DNA from: Alphaproteobacteria bacterium
GTDB taxonomy: Bacteria; Pseudomonadota; Alphaproteobacteria; GCA-2731375
Direction: 5' to 3'
NCBI GenBank assembly: GCA_040223615.1
Contig: JAVKFY010000027.1
Coordinates: 1,220 to 65,219 of the forward strand
Length of the DNA stretch: 64,000 nucleotides
Shown: in pieces, positions 27,310-39,129 of the stretch
Layout of the letters: each line of letters opens with the position of its first letter
Position numbering within the stretch: position 1 is the first letter of the stretch
The notes under the pieces: model-generated
Told to the model about the DNA's origin: nothing
Database searches by the model: none
Seen by the model: only the letters and a program-made list of their open reading frames with translations
Program-made: the position numbers and the translations under genes

Positions 27310-27705
27310 GTGACGATGTCGCAAGTATTGGAGGCGGCTGTGGTGCATCTCCGGCCCGGCATTTGGGCGATCGGATTGCTGGTGGCGACGGCGGGCGCGG
27401 CGAACGCCGCCATCGTGATCGAGCGGGACGCGTGGCCGATCATGGCGGCGCCGGACGAGGTGTCCGAGATGGCTGACCCGGAGCCGGCGACGATGGCGGT
27501 CAGCCTGGTGTTCGACGCCACGGTGCTGGGACCGAGTCGCTCCGGCTCGGTGGAGCTGACGCTGGCGGAGGAGCGCGCCGCGTCGACGTGGCTGGCGGAC
27601 GAAGATATGGCCGACGGTCTGCCGACCGACCTGGCACAGGCCCTGGCCAGGCTGAAGCAGATCGAGCTGACCGAATTCGACGGCTGGTACCTGCTGAGCC
27701 GCTGA
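27310..27705 (+). CDS. Hypothetical exported protein
   Basis: Signal-peptide-like N-terminus (…GIWAIGLLVATAGAANAA) and acidic body. No recognisable domain. Confidence 0.4.
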   Translation: MTMSQVLEAAVVHLRPGIWAIGLLVATAGAANAAIVIERDAWPIMAAPDEVSEMADPEPATMAVSLVFDATVLGPSRSGSVELTLAEERAASTWLADEDMADGLPTDLAQALARLKQIELTEFDGWYLLSR

Positions 27706-27715
27706 CGCCGCGCGG

Positions 27716-28177
27716 TCAGCTGCCGACGGTCGGTGGCTTCGCCGGTCGACGTTCGATGCCGCGCGGCGCGCCTTCGTAGATCTCGCCCCGCGCCGACAGG
27801 TCGCCGGCCGGGGTGTAGGTCCTGAAATCGCGGCCCTCCAACGTCACCCACTCGCAGGTCGCCTTGCGGCCGCGCACCCGTTCATACCGTGTGCACAGCC
27901 GGTCCCACTGCACCCACCAGCGGCCGCGATCCTGGAACGGAATGCCCGCGCTGCCCTCGCCGCGGATGTAGACCACGCCATCGGTGTGGAAGAACACCTC
28001 GATCGGCGCGCCCGAGGTGGTCTCGCCGGCGAAGGTCCGGTTGCTCACCTGCCGCTCGATATCGCCGCTGCGCAGCACCGCCTGGCCGATCCTGGCCCCG
28101 GGCCCGAAGCCGCACGCCGACACGAGCAACACCGCGCCGAGCAGGGCGGCGCCCAGGGGGACGGCGCGGCCGATCAC
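27716..28177 (-). CDS. Hypothetical lipoprotein
   Basis: Signal peptide with lipobox LLVSACG. No recognisable domain. Confidence 0.5.
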   Translation of the reverse strand: MIGRAVPLGAALLGAVLLVSACGFGPGARIGQAVLRSGDIERQVSNRTFAGETTSGAPIEVFFHTDGVVYIRGEGSAGIPFQDRGRWWVQWDRLCTRYERVRGRKATCEWVTLEGRDFRTYTPAGDLSARGEIYEGAPRGIERRPAKPPTVGS

Positions 28178-28180
28178 AGG

Positions 28181-28507
28181 TCAGGTCTCGCTGGTCACCT
28201 GCTGGCGGGCGGTGTCGAGCAGTTCCGCCATCTGACGGCGGAGCCGGTGCTCGGAGATGTCGACCTTCTTGGCCTCGAAGTCGGCGTGAACCTTGCGGTA
28301 GACGTCCTCGTCGCCGGTCTCCTCGAAATCGGCGACGACCACGGCGCGGGCATAGGCCTCCGCTTCCGGACCGGCCAGGCCGAGCTGCTCGGCAGCCCAC
28401 AGTCCCAGCAGCTTGTTGCGTCGCGCCATGATCTTGAAGTTGGTCTCCTCATCGTGCGCGTACTTCGCCTCGTAGCTCTTCTCGCGGTCCTTGAACCCGT
28501 TGCTCAT
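28181..28507 (-). CDS. DUF1476-type protein, homologue of the alphaproteobacterial F1Fo-ATPase inhibitor zeta subunit
   Basis: …KDREKSYEAKYAHDEETNFKIMARRNKLLGLWAAEQLG…DEDVYRKV… closely parallels the Paracoccus zeta subunit pattern. Start at MSNGFKDRE. Confidence 0.7.
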   Translation of the reverse strand: MSNGFKDREKSYEAKYAHDEETNFKIMARRNKLLGLWAAEQLGLAGPEAEAYARAVVVADFEETGDEDVYRKVHADFEAKKVDISEHRLRRQMAELLDTARQQVTSET

Positions 28508-28730
28508 CCGCCTGCCTGCTCCCGATTCCATGGCCTCGCGCCAGCGGCGCGCTCTGGGCCTCGCCTTCCGATAGCCTTGTCCGGTGACCCTTGCAACCTC
28601 ATATATGGTCGCAGCGCGCGCAATTCAGGCCCGAAACCGAAACACGCGGCCGCCACCCGGCGGCCGTCGTTGTTTCGCCCCCGGCCTTGGTCTATTGTCG
28701 CGCCGCCCACGGTGGAGCATCGGCAGGATC

Positions 28731-29495
28731 ATGGCTAGACGCAGGAAAGTCTACGAAGGCAAGGCCAAGATCCTGTTCGAGGGACCGGAGCCGGGCACGC
28801 TCGTCCAGTATTTCAAGGACGATGCCACCGCCTTCAACAACAAGAAGCACGACATCATCACCGGCAAGGGGGTGCTCAACAACCGCATCTCCGAGCACAT
28901 CATGACCCGGCTGGGAGAGGTCGGCATTCCAACGCACTTCGTGCGTCGCCTTAACATGCGCGAGCAACTCATTCGCGAAGTTGAGATAATTCCGCTTGAG
29001 GTGGTGGTTCGGAACGTCGCCGCCGGTTCGCTGGCGACGCGCCTTGGCCTCAACGAAGGCACCGCGCTGCCACGCTCGATCGTCGAGTACTACTACAAGT
29101 CCGACGAGCTCAACGACCCGCTGGTGACCGAGGAGCACATCACCTGCTTCGGCTGGTCGACGCCGCAGGAGCTGGACGAGCTGATGTCGCTGGCGCTGCG
29201 GGTCAACGACGTGCTGTTCGGCCTGTTCGTCGGCATCGGCATCCGCCTGGTCGACTTCAAGCTGGAGTTCGGGCGGCTGTACCAGGGCGACGACATGCGC
29301 ATCGTGCTGGCCGACGAGATCAGCCCGGATTCGTGCCGGCTGTGGGACATGCAGAGCAACGAGAAGCTGGACAAGGACCGGTTCCGGCGCGACCTCGGCG
29401 GCGTCGCCGAGGCCTACCAGGAGGTGGCCCGGCGCCTGGGCATCCTGCCCGAGGGCGGACCGCGCGACCTCAAGGGTCCGGCGATCATGCAATAG
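28731..29495 (+). CDS. purC: SAICAR synthetase
   Basis: …[11 protein letters not shown]…DIITGKG… conserved PurC N-terminal motifs. Confidence 0.9.
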   Translation: MARRRKVYEGKAKILFEGPEPGTLVQYFKDDATAFNNKKHDIITGKGVLNNRISEHIMTRLGEVGIPTHFVRRLNMREQLIREVEIIPLEVVVRNVAAGSLATRLGLNEGTALPRSIVEYYYKSDELNDPLVTEEHITCFGWSTPQELDELMSLALRVNDVLFGLFVGIGIRLVDFKLEFGRLYQGDDMRIVLADEISPDSCRLWDMQSNEKLDKDRFRRDLGGVAEAYQEVARRLGILPEGGPRDLKGPAIMQ

Positions 29496-29505
29496 GCGGC
29501 GTCAG

Positions 29506-29748
29506 GTGAAGGCGCGCGTCCATATCTCACTGAAGAACGGGGTGCTCGACCCGCAGGGCAAGGCCATCGCCAATGCCCTGGACTCGCTCGGCTTCGGCGG
29601 CGTCAACGACGTCCGCCAGGGCAAGCTCATCGAGCTGGAACTCGACGCCACCGACAGCGAGAGCGCGCGCAAGCAGGTCGCCGAGATGTGCGAGCGCCTG
29701 CTGGCCAACACAGTGATCGAGAACTACGCGATTGAGATTGATGGCTAG
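29506..29748 (+). CDS. purS: FGAM synthase PurS subunit
   Basis: 80 aa. MKARVHISLKNGVLDPQGKAI… Canonical purS position before purQ. Confidence 0.9.
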   Translation: MKARVHISLKNGVLDPQGKAIANALDSLGFGGVNDVRQGKLIELELDATDSESARKQVAEMCERLLANTVIENYAIEIDG

Positions 29749-29766
29749 GTGCCAACGGGCTCATGA

Positions 29767-29850
29767 GATGCCCGGGTCAAGCGCGGGCATGGCGAGTTCC
29801 TTGAGTATCACTTCACGCTCGTCATACCCGGGCTTGACCGGGGTATCTCG
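29767..29850. repeat. Two REP-like palindromic elements between purS and purQ
   Basis: gatgcccgggtcaagcgcgggcatggcg and cgtcatacccgggcttgaccggggtatctcg, imperfect hairpins of the family seen elsewhere in the window. Confidence 0.55.
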
Positions 29851-29880
29851 CCGACACTGCCAAACCCGCGGGAGGCGCCG

Positions 29881-30566
29881 TTGAAAGCCGCCGTCGTCGT
29901 GTTTCCCGGCTCCAACTGCGACCGCGATACCGCGGTGGCGCTGCGTCAGGCCGGAGCTGACGTCACCATGGTCTGGCACGCCGACAGCGACTTGCCGCAG
30001 GTCGATCTGGTGGTGCTGCCGGGCGGCTTCGCCTATGGCGACTACCTGCGTTCCGGCGCGATGGCGGCCGTCACCAGGATCATGCGGCCGGTGGTCGAAC
30101 ATGCCGAGGCCGGCCGGCTGGTGCTGGGCATCTGCAACGGCTTCCAGGTGCTGACCGAGGCGCGGCTGCTGGACGGCACCATGCTGCCCAACGCCAGCCT
30201 GAAATTCATCTGCCGCGACGTGCACCTGAAGGTGGAGCGCGACGATCTGCCGTTCACCCGCGGCTATGCCAAGGGGCAATCGATCCGGGTTCCGCTGGCC
30301 AATCACGACGGCCAGTATTTCGCCGAGACCGAGACGCTGAACCGCCTGGAGGGCGAGGGCCAGGTGGTGTTCCGCTACGCCGAGGGCGAGAGCTTTGGGC
30401 CGCACAACCCGAACGGGTCGGTCAACGACATCGCCGGGGTGTGCAACGCCGCCGGCAACGTGATGGGAATGATGCCGCACCCCGAACGCGTCGCCGACGC
30501 CCGCCACGGCGGCACCGACGGCAAGGCGCTGTTCACCGGCCTGGTCGACCTGATGGCGAGCGCCGC

Positions 30567-30570
<4 letters not shown>
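29881..30570 (+). CDS. purQ: FGAM synthase glutaminase subunit
   Basis: …[11 protein letters not shown]… class-I amidotransferase with conserved Cys. TTG start with GGGAGG RBS. Confidence 0.9.
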
Positions 30571-32753
<2,183 letters not shown>

Positions 32754-32770
32754 GCGAAAGGACCGAACAC

Positions 32771-33007
32771 ATGCCGATGGACGCCGGAGAGATCGAACGC
32801 CTGATCCGCGAATCCCTCCCCGACGCGGAGGTGACGATCCAGGATTTGCGCGGCGACGGCGACCACTATGCCGCGCTGGTGGTGTCCGGCGCGTTCAAGG
32901 GAAAGTCGCGGGTGCAGCAGCACCAGATGGTTTATCAGGCGCTGCAGGGACGGATGGGTGGCGAATTGCACGCCCTGGCATTGCAGACCTCGGTGCCGGA
33001 CGCTTAG
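32771..33007 (+). CDS. bolA: BolA-family protein
   Basis: 78 aa. …DLRGDGDHYAALVVSGAFKGKSRVQQHQMVY… BolA fold signature. Lies inside a longer out-of-context ORF call. Confidence 0.8.
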   Translation: MPMDAGEIERLIRESLPDAEVTIQDLRGDGDHYAALVVSGAFKGKSRVQQHQMVYQALQGRMGGELHALALQTSVPDA

Positions 33008-33028
33008 ACGCCGGCGAAGGAGAGACCG

Positions 33029-33367
33029 ATGAACGACGAGAATGTAGCCGAGCGCATCCGCCAGGATGTGACCGAGAACGACGTGGTGCTGTTCATGAAG
33101 GGCACGCCGGTATTCCCGCAGTGCGGCTTCTCCGCCATGGTGGTCCAGGTGCTGAGCCACATGGGCGTGAAGTTCAAGGGCATCAACGTCCTTGAAGACC
33201 CGAGCCTGCGCCAGGGCATCAAGGAATTCTCGTCCTGGCCGACGATCCCGCAGCTCTACGTGAAGGGCGAGTTCGTCGGCGGCTGCGACATCGTGCGCGA
33301 GATGTTCGAGGCCGGCGAGCTGGAAGGCATGCTCAACGAAAAGGGCGTCGCCACGGTGGATGCCTGA
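33029..33367 (+). CDS. grxD: Monothiol glutaredoxin (Grx4 type)
   Basis: CGFS active site (…[13 protein letters not shown]…). AAGGAGAG RBS. Confidence 0.9.
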   Translation: MNDENVAERIRQDVTENDVVLFMKGTPVFPQCGFSAMVVQVLSHMGVKFKGINVLEDPSLRQGIKEFSSWPTIPQLYVKGEFVGGCDIVREMFEAGELEGMLNEKGVATVDA

Positions 33368-33725
33368 TCCGATGGCCGACGCGTCGACCATCGAGAGCTA
33401 CCACGCGCACGTGTATTTCGACGCGGACGAGCGCGACCCGGCCAAGCGCCTGCGCGATGCGGTCGAGGCCAAATTCGACGTGGAGATGGGCCGCTGGCAC
33501 GAGAAGCCGGTCGGCCCGCACCCGCGCTGGAGCTATCAGATCAAGTTCGATCCGGACTTGTTTGACACCATCGTGCCGTGGCTGATGCTGAACCGCGAGG
33601 GCCTGCAGATTTTCCTGCACCCGAACACCGGCGACGACCTGGCCGACCACTCCAAGCACGTGAGCTGGCTCGGCGACAGCGCCGAGCTGGACCTGTCGAT
33701 CTTCACCAAGAAGCAGGCGTCTTAG
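33360..33725 (+). CDS. DOPA-dioxygenase-like (YgiD family) small protein
   Basis: …SYHAHVYFD… His motif typical of the ~110-aa DOPA 4,5-dioxygenase-like family. Confidence 0.55.
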   Translation: MPDPMADASTIESYHAHVYFDADERDPAKRLRDAVEAKFDVEMGRWHEKPVGPHPRWSYQIKFDPDLFDTIVPWLMLNREGLQIFLHPNTGDDLADHSKHVSWLGDSAELDLSIFTKKQAS

Positions 33726-33726
33726 C

Positions 33727-34450
33727 GTAGATGCCCGGGTCAGGCCCGGGCATGGCGATGTTCTGTACGCGTCATGGCCGGGCTTGAGCCATGGGTGTCC
33801 GGTTAAGCTTGCGGTGATCGTCGATTCCCTATTGCCGCTCAGGCGGTTGCGCTGCTTCGGGCGGCACCGGGCAGAAGAACCGCGACCGATTGATCCAGCT
33901 TCTGGACGTGGATGCCCCGAACAAGTCGGGGCATGACGATCTTATTGAAAAACATAGAAACCCGTCATGGCCCGGCTTGTCAGGGCCATCCACGTCGCTG
34001 CGCTTGCGAAGACGTTGACGGGTGGGCACAGGACCGGAAGGACTTAAACCGGACAATCGTGGGCTTGATCCACGGGTGTCCGGTTAAGCTCTTGCGGGAC
34101 CCACAACACGCGTCATGCCAGCGCAGGCTGGCATCCAGGCAACGCCGATATAGGCACGCGGAGACGCGGAGAACGCGGAGTTGCTGGGATCGGCACTCCG
34201 CGACTCCCTTGCCGAGCAAGGCGACCTAAAGGGCACCTTGGCGGGTTCCGCGAACCCGCATCGGCAAGCTCCGCGTCAAACCGCAACAGCAGCCTCGTCA
34301 TTCCTGCCTTCGCAGGAATGACGAGGCTGCTGTGAATGCGCTGTCCACCGCGGAGGTGGGACAGCGCAACCGATTGATTTACAAACGAACTTGGCCGCTT
34401 AGCCGGACACCCGTGAGCTTGACCCGGCCATCCCGCTTGACCGTCCGCCC
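33727..34450. repeat. Dense cluster of REP-like palindromic elements (non-coding ~750-bp gap)
   Basis: Copies include gatgcccgggtcaggcccgggcatggcg, cgtcatggccgggcttgagccatggg, 3x gggtgtccggttaagc, cgtcatgccagcgcaggctggcatccagg and cgtcattcctgccttcgcaggaatgacg. No credible ORF. Confidence 0.6.
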
Positions 34451-34474
34451 CCGCCCCTGTCTGCTTAGCTGACC

Positions 34475-35398
34475 ATGCCGATCAACATTCCAGACGATCT
34501 GCCGGCCCGCGAGGTTCTCGAAGGCGAGGGCATCAAGGTGATGGGCGAAGCCGACGCGGTGCGCCAGGACATCCGTCCGATGCGCATCCTGCTGCTCAAC
34601 CTGATGCCGAAGAAGATCGAGACCGAGGTGCAGATCGCCCGCGTGCTGAGCCACACGCCGTTGCAGATCGAGCTCACGTTGATGACGACGGCGAGCTACA
34701 CGCCGTCCAACACCTCGCAGCTCCACCTCAAGGCGTTCTACAAGACGCTGGACCAGATTCGCGACGAGCGTTTCGACGGCCTGATCGTCACTGGCGCGCC
34801 GGTGGAGCGGTTGCCGTTCGAGGACGTCGACTACTGGCCGGAGCTCTGTGACGTGTTCGCCTGGGCCGACCGCAACGTGTTCCGGCGCTTCCACATCTGC
34901 TGGGGCGCTCAGGCTGCGCTGTTCCGCCGTTTCGGCATCGCCAAGCACGACATGGGCACCAAGCTGTCCGGCGTGTTCGAGCAAAAGGTGCTGGCGCCGA
35001 ACAACCGCATGCTGGGCGGGTTCCCGGCCGCTTTCCCCTGTCCGGTCTCGCGCTACACGACGATCGACGCCAAGGACATCGAGGCGCAGGACCGGCTGGA
35101 GCTGCTGGCGGTGTCGGCGGAGTCGGGCCCGTGTTTCGCGGTCGATCGCGCCACCGGCGACGCCTACAGCTTCAACCACCCGGAATATGACGCCGACACG
35201 CTGCTGAACGAGTATCGGCGCGACGTCGAAGCGGAGCCCGACGTGAAAGTGCCGGCGAACTACTTTCCCGACGACGACCCGTCGGCGACACCGATCAATG
35301 CCTGGCGGCCGTACGGCTATCTGCTGTTCGGCAACTGGTTGAGCGAGCTCTACCAGGACACGCCGTTCGACCTGAACGAACTGGGGAGGAAGCGATGA
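34475..35398 (+). CDS. metA: Homoserine O-acyltransferase (MetA type)
   Basis: MPINIPDDLPAREVLEGEGI…RILLLNLMPKKIETE…HICWGAQAAL – MetA signature with catalytic Cys. Confidence 0.9.
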   Translation: MPINIPDDLPAREVLEGEGIKVMGEADAVRQDIRPMRILLLNLMPKKIETEVQIARVLSHTPLQIELTLMTTASYTPSNTSQLHLKAFYKTLDQIRDERFDGLIVTGAPVERLPFEDVDYWPELCDVFAWADRNVFRRFHICWGAQAALFRRFGIAKHDMGTKLSGVFEQKVLAPNNRMLGGFPAAFPCPVSRYTTIDAKDIEAQDRLELLAVSAESGPCFAVDRATGDAYSFNHPEYDADTLLNEYRRDVEAEPDVKVPANYFPDDDPSATPINAWRPYGYLLFGNWLSELYQDTPFDLNELGRKR

Positions 35399-36450
35399 AC
35401 CCGCAACTGGCGATGCTGACCGGCATGGCGGCGATCCGGACGCCGGCGCCGATGGCCAGGCTCTACCTGGAGATGGGTGAGCGGCGCGAGACCTCAGGCG
35501 ATCGGGTGATGGACCCGAAGGCGCAGCTCGTCGGCGAGCTGATCAACATGGTGCGTGTGCCGGGCTACATCCCGACACCAGCCGAGGCGCGCGCGCAGAT
35601 GGCGAAGATGCGTGCGCTGGTCGACGCGCCGGCACCGCCGCTGCCGCGCAAAGACGACCTGACGGTGCCCGGGCCGGCCGGCGACATCCCGGTGCGTGTC
35701 TACGGGCCCCGACCGCTGGACGACGACGAGAAACTCCCGGTGTTGTGCTACTTCCACGGCGGCGGCTTCGTGCAGGGCGACCTCGACACCCACGACACCG
35801 CCTGCGCCAAGCTGGCGACGTGGGGCGATTTCATGGTAGTCGCGGTGGACTACCGACTGGCCCCGGAGCACCCCTTCCCGGCCGGCCCGGAGGACTGCTA
35901 CGAGGCCTACGTGTGGCTGGTCGAGCATGTCGCCGAGCTGGGCGGCGATCCGGCCCGCATCGCGGTCGGCGGCGACAGCGCCGGCGGCAACCTGTCGGCC
36001 GTGGTCAGCCAGATGGCGGCCAAGGCCGGTGTCCAGTTGCCGGTGGCGCAGGCGCTGATCTACCCGGTGGTCGACGCGCACCACCGGGCCGACTCGTACA
36101 AGGAGTTCGAGCAGGGCTACGTGATCCCGGCCGACCGCATCGCCTGGTACGACGAGATGTACTATCAGGCCGCCGGCGACAAAGACGACCTGCGGGCCTC
36201 GCCGATCCTGGCCAACGACCTGGCCGGCCAGCCGCCGGCCTTCGTCATCACCTGCGGTTTCGATCCGCTGCGCGACGAGGGCGGCAGCTACGCCGACCGG
36301 CTGAAAGCCGCTGGCGTGCCGGTGTCGTTCAAGGAATTTCGCGGCCAGATCCACGGCTTCATCTCGATGAGCGCGGCGATCCCGCAGGCCGACGAGTGCC
36401 TGCGCGACATCGCCGATTACTTGAGAGATCGATTCGGAAAGGCCGCGTAA
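35395..36450 (+). CDS. Alpha/beta hydrolase fold-3 esterase/lipase with ~80-aa N-terminal extension
   Basis: HGGGF oxyanion motif and GDSAGG nucleophile elbow. ATGA overlap with the metA stop. Confidence 0.8.
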   Translation: MNPQLAMLTGMAAIRTPAPMARLYLEMGERRETSGDRVMDPKAQLVGELINMVRVPGYIPTPAEARAQMAKMRALVDAPAPPLPRKDDLTVPGPAGDIPVRVYGPRPLDDDEKLPVLCYFHGGGFVQGDLDTHDTACAKLATWGDFMVVAVDYRLAPEHPFPAGPEDCYEAYVWLVEHVAELGGDPARIAVGGDSAGGNLSAVVSQMAAKAGVQLPVAQALIYPVVDAHHRADSYKEFEQGYVIPADRIAWYDEMYYQAAGDKDDLRASPILANDLAGQPPAFVITCGFDPLRDEGGSYADRLKAAGVPVSFKEFRGQIHGFISMSAAIPQADECLRDIADYLRDRFGKAA

Positions 36451-36490
36451 CCTTCTGTTTCGTCACGCCCGGGCTTGTCCGGAGCATGGT
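36451..36490. repeat. REP-like element copy
   Basis: cgtcacgcccgggcttgtccggagcatggtgag. Confidence 0.4.
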
Positions 36491-36546
36491 GAGATAAACT
36501 TTAGTCTTTTCAGGCGCTTGCGATGATTCTCTCATCAAAAACACGA

Positions 36547-36590
36547 AAGCCGCCCAGGTTGCCCCTGGGCGGCTTCGGTTTTCGGTATGC
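36547..36590. terminator. Bidirectional rho-independent terminator (esterase / rpsD)
   Basis: gccgcccagg-ttgcc-cctgggcggc hairpin with T-runs on both strands (…cggttttcgg on plus; tttcgtgttttt on minus). Confidence 0.55.
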
Positions 36591-36598
36591 GACCTAGG

Positions 36599-37216
36599 TT
36601 AGCGCGAGTAGTACTCGACCACCAGGTTCGGTTCCATGTGAACCGGGTAGGGTACGTCGGCGAAGCTCGGAATGCGCACGAAGGTGCCGGTCATCTTGTT
36701 GTGGTCGACGTCGATGTAGTCGGGCACGTCGCGCTCGGCCAGGCCGACCGCCTCCAGCACGATGGCGAGCTGCTTTGAGCGCTCCTTCACCGAAACCACG
36801 TCGCCCGGCTTGCACATGAAGCTGGGGATGTTCACCCGGCGGCCGTTCACCTCGACATGGCCGTGATTGATGAACTGGCGCGAGGCGAACACGGTCGGCA
36901 CGAACTTCATGCGATAGACCACGGCGTCGAGCCGGCATTCCAGCAGGCCGACCAGATGCTCCGAGGTGTCGCCACGACGGCGCGAGGCCTCGTCGTAGAC
37001 GCGACGGAACTGCTTCTCGGTGATGTTGCCGTAGTAGCCGCGCAGCTTCTGCTTGGCCGCGAGCTGAACGCCGAAGTCCGACAACTTCCGCTTGCGGGCC
37101 TGGCCGTGCTGGCCGGGGCCGTAGTCACGCCGGTTCACCGGGCTCTTCGGCCGGCCCCACAGGTTCTCACCCAGGCGGCGGTTCAGCTTGTACTTCGACT
37201 GCAGGCGTTTCGTCAT
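36599..37216 (-). CDS. rpsD: 30S ribosomal protein S4
   Basis: Unmistakable S4 sequence ([26 protein letters not shown]…). Confidence 0.95.
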   Translation of the reverse strand: MTKRLQSKYKLNRRLGENLWGRPKSPVNRRDYGPGQHGQARKRKLSDFGVQLAAKQKLRGYYGNITEKQFRRVYDEASRRRGDTSEHLVGLLECRLDAVVYRMKFVPTVFASRQFINHGHVEVNGRRVNIPSFMCKPGDVVSVKERSKQLAIVLEAVGLAERDVPDYIDVDHNKMTGTFVRIPSFADVPYPVHMEPNLVVEYYSR

Positions 37217-37303
37217 CGAGTGGCTACGTCCAACGGCATGGAAATGGGTTACGCCGGCACGGGGCCGGCGAGTGGGCGGACTATACGCATCGAAATCGTC
37301 AAG

Positions 37304-38203
37304 TCAACGGGCCAGGAACGCCCTGATCCAGGTATTTACCTGGGCCGAAGCGTGATGCGTGACCCAATGGTCGACATCCGGCAGGCGATGGACCGTGAGG
37401 TCGTCGACAAAGCGGTCCAGGCCCTCGATCAGAACCGGCAGCAGCGCGTGGTCGTCCATGCCCCAGATCACCATCGTCGGCACCTTGACGCGGAACGCTT
37501 CGACGTCGATCTGCGGCGGTCCGTCGGCGCCGTCCGGGCTCGGCGGGCGCATCGGCGTGGCGCGGTACCAGTTCAGCCCGCCGGTCAGCGCGCCGGGCTG
37601 GCCCCAGGCCTCCAGGTAGGCCGCCTTGAAGGCGTCGTCGACCACGCCCTTCTCATGCAACGCCTGGAACGTGCGCTCCCACAGCATCGCGAAGTTGTTG
37701 GCCGACAGCGCCGCCTCGGCGCCTTCGTCGCGGAAGAAGCGCATGTACTGGCTGGCCTGCTGCTGGCCCCTGTCGGTCTGCAGCGCCTCCACGAAGCGGC
37801 CGGGGTGCGGCGCGTTCAGGATCACCAGGCCGTTCAGGCGATCCGGGTGGGCGATGGCGAAGCCCCAGGCGATGGCCCCGCCCCAGTCGTGCGCCACCAG
37901 GGTGAACTTCCGCGCCGGCGCGTAGTGGTCGGCCAGCGCCAGGATGTCGCCGATCAGCTTGTCGGCGCGGTAGTCGGCGACGTCCTGGGGCTTGTCCGAC
38001 AGGTTGTAGCCGCGCTGGTCCGGCGCCACGGCGAGGTGGTCCTGGCCGAATTCCAGGAGCTGGTTCCGCCAGGTGCGCCAGAATTCCGGGAAGCCATGCA
38101 GGAACAGGATCAGCTCGCCGGAGTCGTTCTCCGGCCCGGCCTTGGCGACGTGCAGGCGGATGCCGCCCAGGTCGACGTCCTCGTGGCTGATCTCGACGCT
38201 CAT
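37304..38203 (-). CDS. Alpha/beta hydrolase (epoxide-hydrolase/haloalkane-dehalogenase-like)
   Basis: HGFPE oxyanion motif and nucleophile elbow AHDWGG. Start at MSVEISHED. Confidence 0.8.
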   Translation of the reverse strand: MSVEISHEDVDLGGIRLHVAKAGPENDSGELILFLHGFPEFWRTWRNQLLEFGQDHLAVAPDQRGYNLSDKPQDVADYRADKLIGDILALADHYAPARKFTLVAHDWGGAIAWGFAIAHPDRLNGLVILNAPHPGRFVEALQTDRGQQQASQYMRFFRDEGAEAALSANNFAMLWERTFQALHEKGVVDDAFKAAYLEAWGQPGALTGGLNWYRATPMRPPSPDGADGPPQIDVEAFRVKVPTMVIWGMDDHALLPVLIEGLDRFVDDLTVHRLPDVDHWVTHHASAQVNTWIRAFLAR

Positions 38204-38955
38204 TTCGGGCGCTCCCCCAGTTTCATCAGTGCCGACAGGATGCCATGCAGGGCCGACACTTCGTGTGTCGTCAGGCGGCCGCGCTGAAAGATGTTGCGGA
38301 TGTTGCGCACCATGGTCGGGCGCTTCTCCGGCGGGAACAGGAAGCCGGATTCGTCCAGTGCCGGCTCCAGGCGGGCGAAGAAGTTGGCCAGTTCCGCCGC
38401 GGTGGCGGGCGGCTGCGCGTCGGCCTCCGGCGCGGCCGGGTCGGCGACGAACCATTCGTAGCCGAACAACAAGACCGCCTGGGCCAGGTTCAGCGAGGCG
38501 AAGGCCGGGTTCGCCGGCACCGCGACGATGGCGTGCGCGCGCACCACGTCGTCATTGTCGAGCCCGGCCCGCTCCGCGCCGAACAGCACCCCGACCTTTT
38601 CCCCGTTGGCGATCGCCTGGCGGCAGGCGGCGGCGGCCTCGCGCGGCGTCATCACCGGCTTGACCATGTCGCGGCCGCGCGCGGTGGTGGCCAGCACCAG
38701 GTTGAGGTCGGCGACGGCCGCCTCGGTGGTCTGGTGCAGGGCGGCATTGTCGAGCACCTCGTCGGCGCGGCTGGCCATGGCACGGGCCTTGTCCTGCGGC
38801 CAGCCGTCGCGCGGCGCCACCAGCCGCATCTCGTCGAGGCCGAAGTTCAGCATGGCGCGCGCGCAGGCGCCGATATTCTCCGCCAGCTGCGGCCGCACCA
38901 GCACCACGGCCGGCCCGCCGCGCACGCCCGGCTTGCTGAAGTCAGTGCCGGCCAT
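38200..38955 (-). CDS. SpoU/TrmH-class RNA 2'-O-methyltransferase
   Basis: SPOUT motifs …LVRPQLAENIGACARAM…VLFGAERAGL… Stop overlaps the hydrolase start (ATGA). Confidence 0.75.
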   Translation of the reverse strand: MAGTDFSKPGVRGGPAVVLVRPQLAENIGACARAMLNFGLDEMRLVAPRDGWPQDKARAMASRADEVLDNAALHQTTEAAVADLNLVLATTARGRDMVKPVMTPREAAAACRQAIANGEKVGVLFGAERAGLDNDDVVRAHAIVAVPANPAFASLNLAQAVLLFGYEWFVADPAAPEADAQPPATAAELANFFARLEPALDESGFLFPPEKRPTMVRNIRNIFQRGRLTTHEVSALHGILSALMKLGERPK

Positions 38956-39129
38956 GACCAGGTCCGGGGCCGGCTCTGACGCTATTCCCCCACCTCTTAC
39001 CAACCCTCTCCGTCCCCAGGGGCAGAGCGGGAGTCACGAAGCCGACGAAACCGCGTCCCTCTCCGCCGTTCAGCGGGGAGAGGACAGGTGAGGCGGGATT
39101 GGTTGCCGGAAACATTCGCAACGTCGAGG

